This document shows, piece after piece, positions 7,478 to 7,508 of a DNA stretch of 7,508 nt. The position numbers and the translations under genes are program-made. Under the pieces are notes generated by a model that ran no database searches, was not told where the DNA came from, and saw nothing but the letters and a program-made list of their open reading frames with translations. Each line of letters begins with the position of its first letter. Positions within the stretch are counted from its first letter, which is position 1. The stretch comes from Naegleria gruberi. Lineage: Eukaryota. The stretch lies in assembly GCA_000004985.1 (NCBI GenBank), contig GG739134.1; one strand, given 5' to 3'.

Positions 7478-7508
7478 AGGATTTATCACAATTAAGGGAA
7501 GCAAATTG

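Noticed and set aside
1-7508. Prokaryotic interpretation: operon, defence system, CRISPR, RBS or rho-independent terminators
   Set aside because: RING, TRAF zinc finger, T1-BTB and coiled-coil domains are eukaryotic-type, and the start contexts are A-rich Kozak-like. No Shine-Dalgarno motifs, spacer/repeat arrays or stem-loop terminators are visible in the readable sequence.
1-7508. Giant-virus (Mimiviridae-like) origin, suggested by low GC and BTB/RING content
   Set aside because: No exact AAAATTGA early-promoter octamer is seen upstream of the visible start. Intergenic GC is not markedly lower than coding GC. TRAF-zf/KCTD9-like modules are not something I associate with those viruses. It cannot be excluded without a database search.

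Overview
The window has two readable islands (1-796 and 6007-7508) on either side of a 5,210-nt run of N (797-6006). About 69% of the window is therefore unreadable. Every long six-frame ORF that crosses the Ns (417..6026, 621..6023, 727..6009, 742..6054, 767..6016, and the first 5.2 kb of 794..7477) is an artefact of translating N, not a gene. Nothing in the window looks prokaryotic or systems-like, and there is no CRISPR array, rRNA or tRNA. Both islands look like an AT-rich (~30% GC) eukaryotic-type genome with similar composition in coding and non-coding sequence. They use the standard genetic code: TGA is the stop, and there are no in-frame TAA/TAG in about 620 codons.

Left island: an ORF open at the window edge on the minus strand (1-165) may be the 5' end of a divergently transcribed gene. 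It is followed by a ~250-bp intergenic region carrying a TATA-like box and a 14-15-nt tandem direct repeat. Then comes a + strand CDS (417->gap) encoding a clear CENP-V/GFA-family zinc-binding domain, truncated by the gap.

Right island: the 3' 490 codons of a + strand CDS (6008-7477), whose 5' end is lost in the gap. It encodes the C-terminal part of a RING finger, a TRAF-type zinc finger, about 95 aa of coiled coil, a T1/KCTD-type BTB domain and about 35 pentapeptide repeats. That is a TRAF N-terminal module fused to a KCTD9/FIP2-like BTB-pentapeptide module, a combination I do not recognise as described. It is the most interesting thing in the window. The source taxon cannot be determined from the sequence alone.
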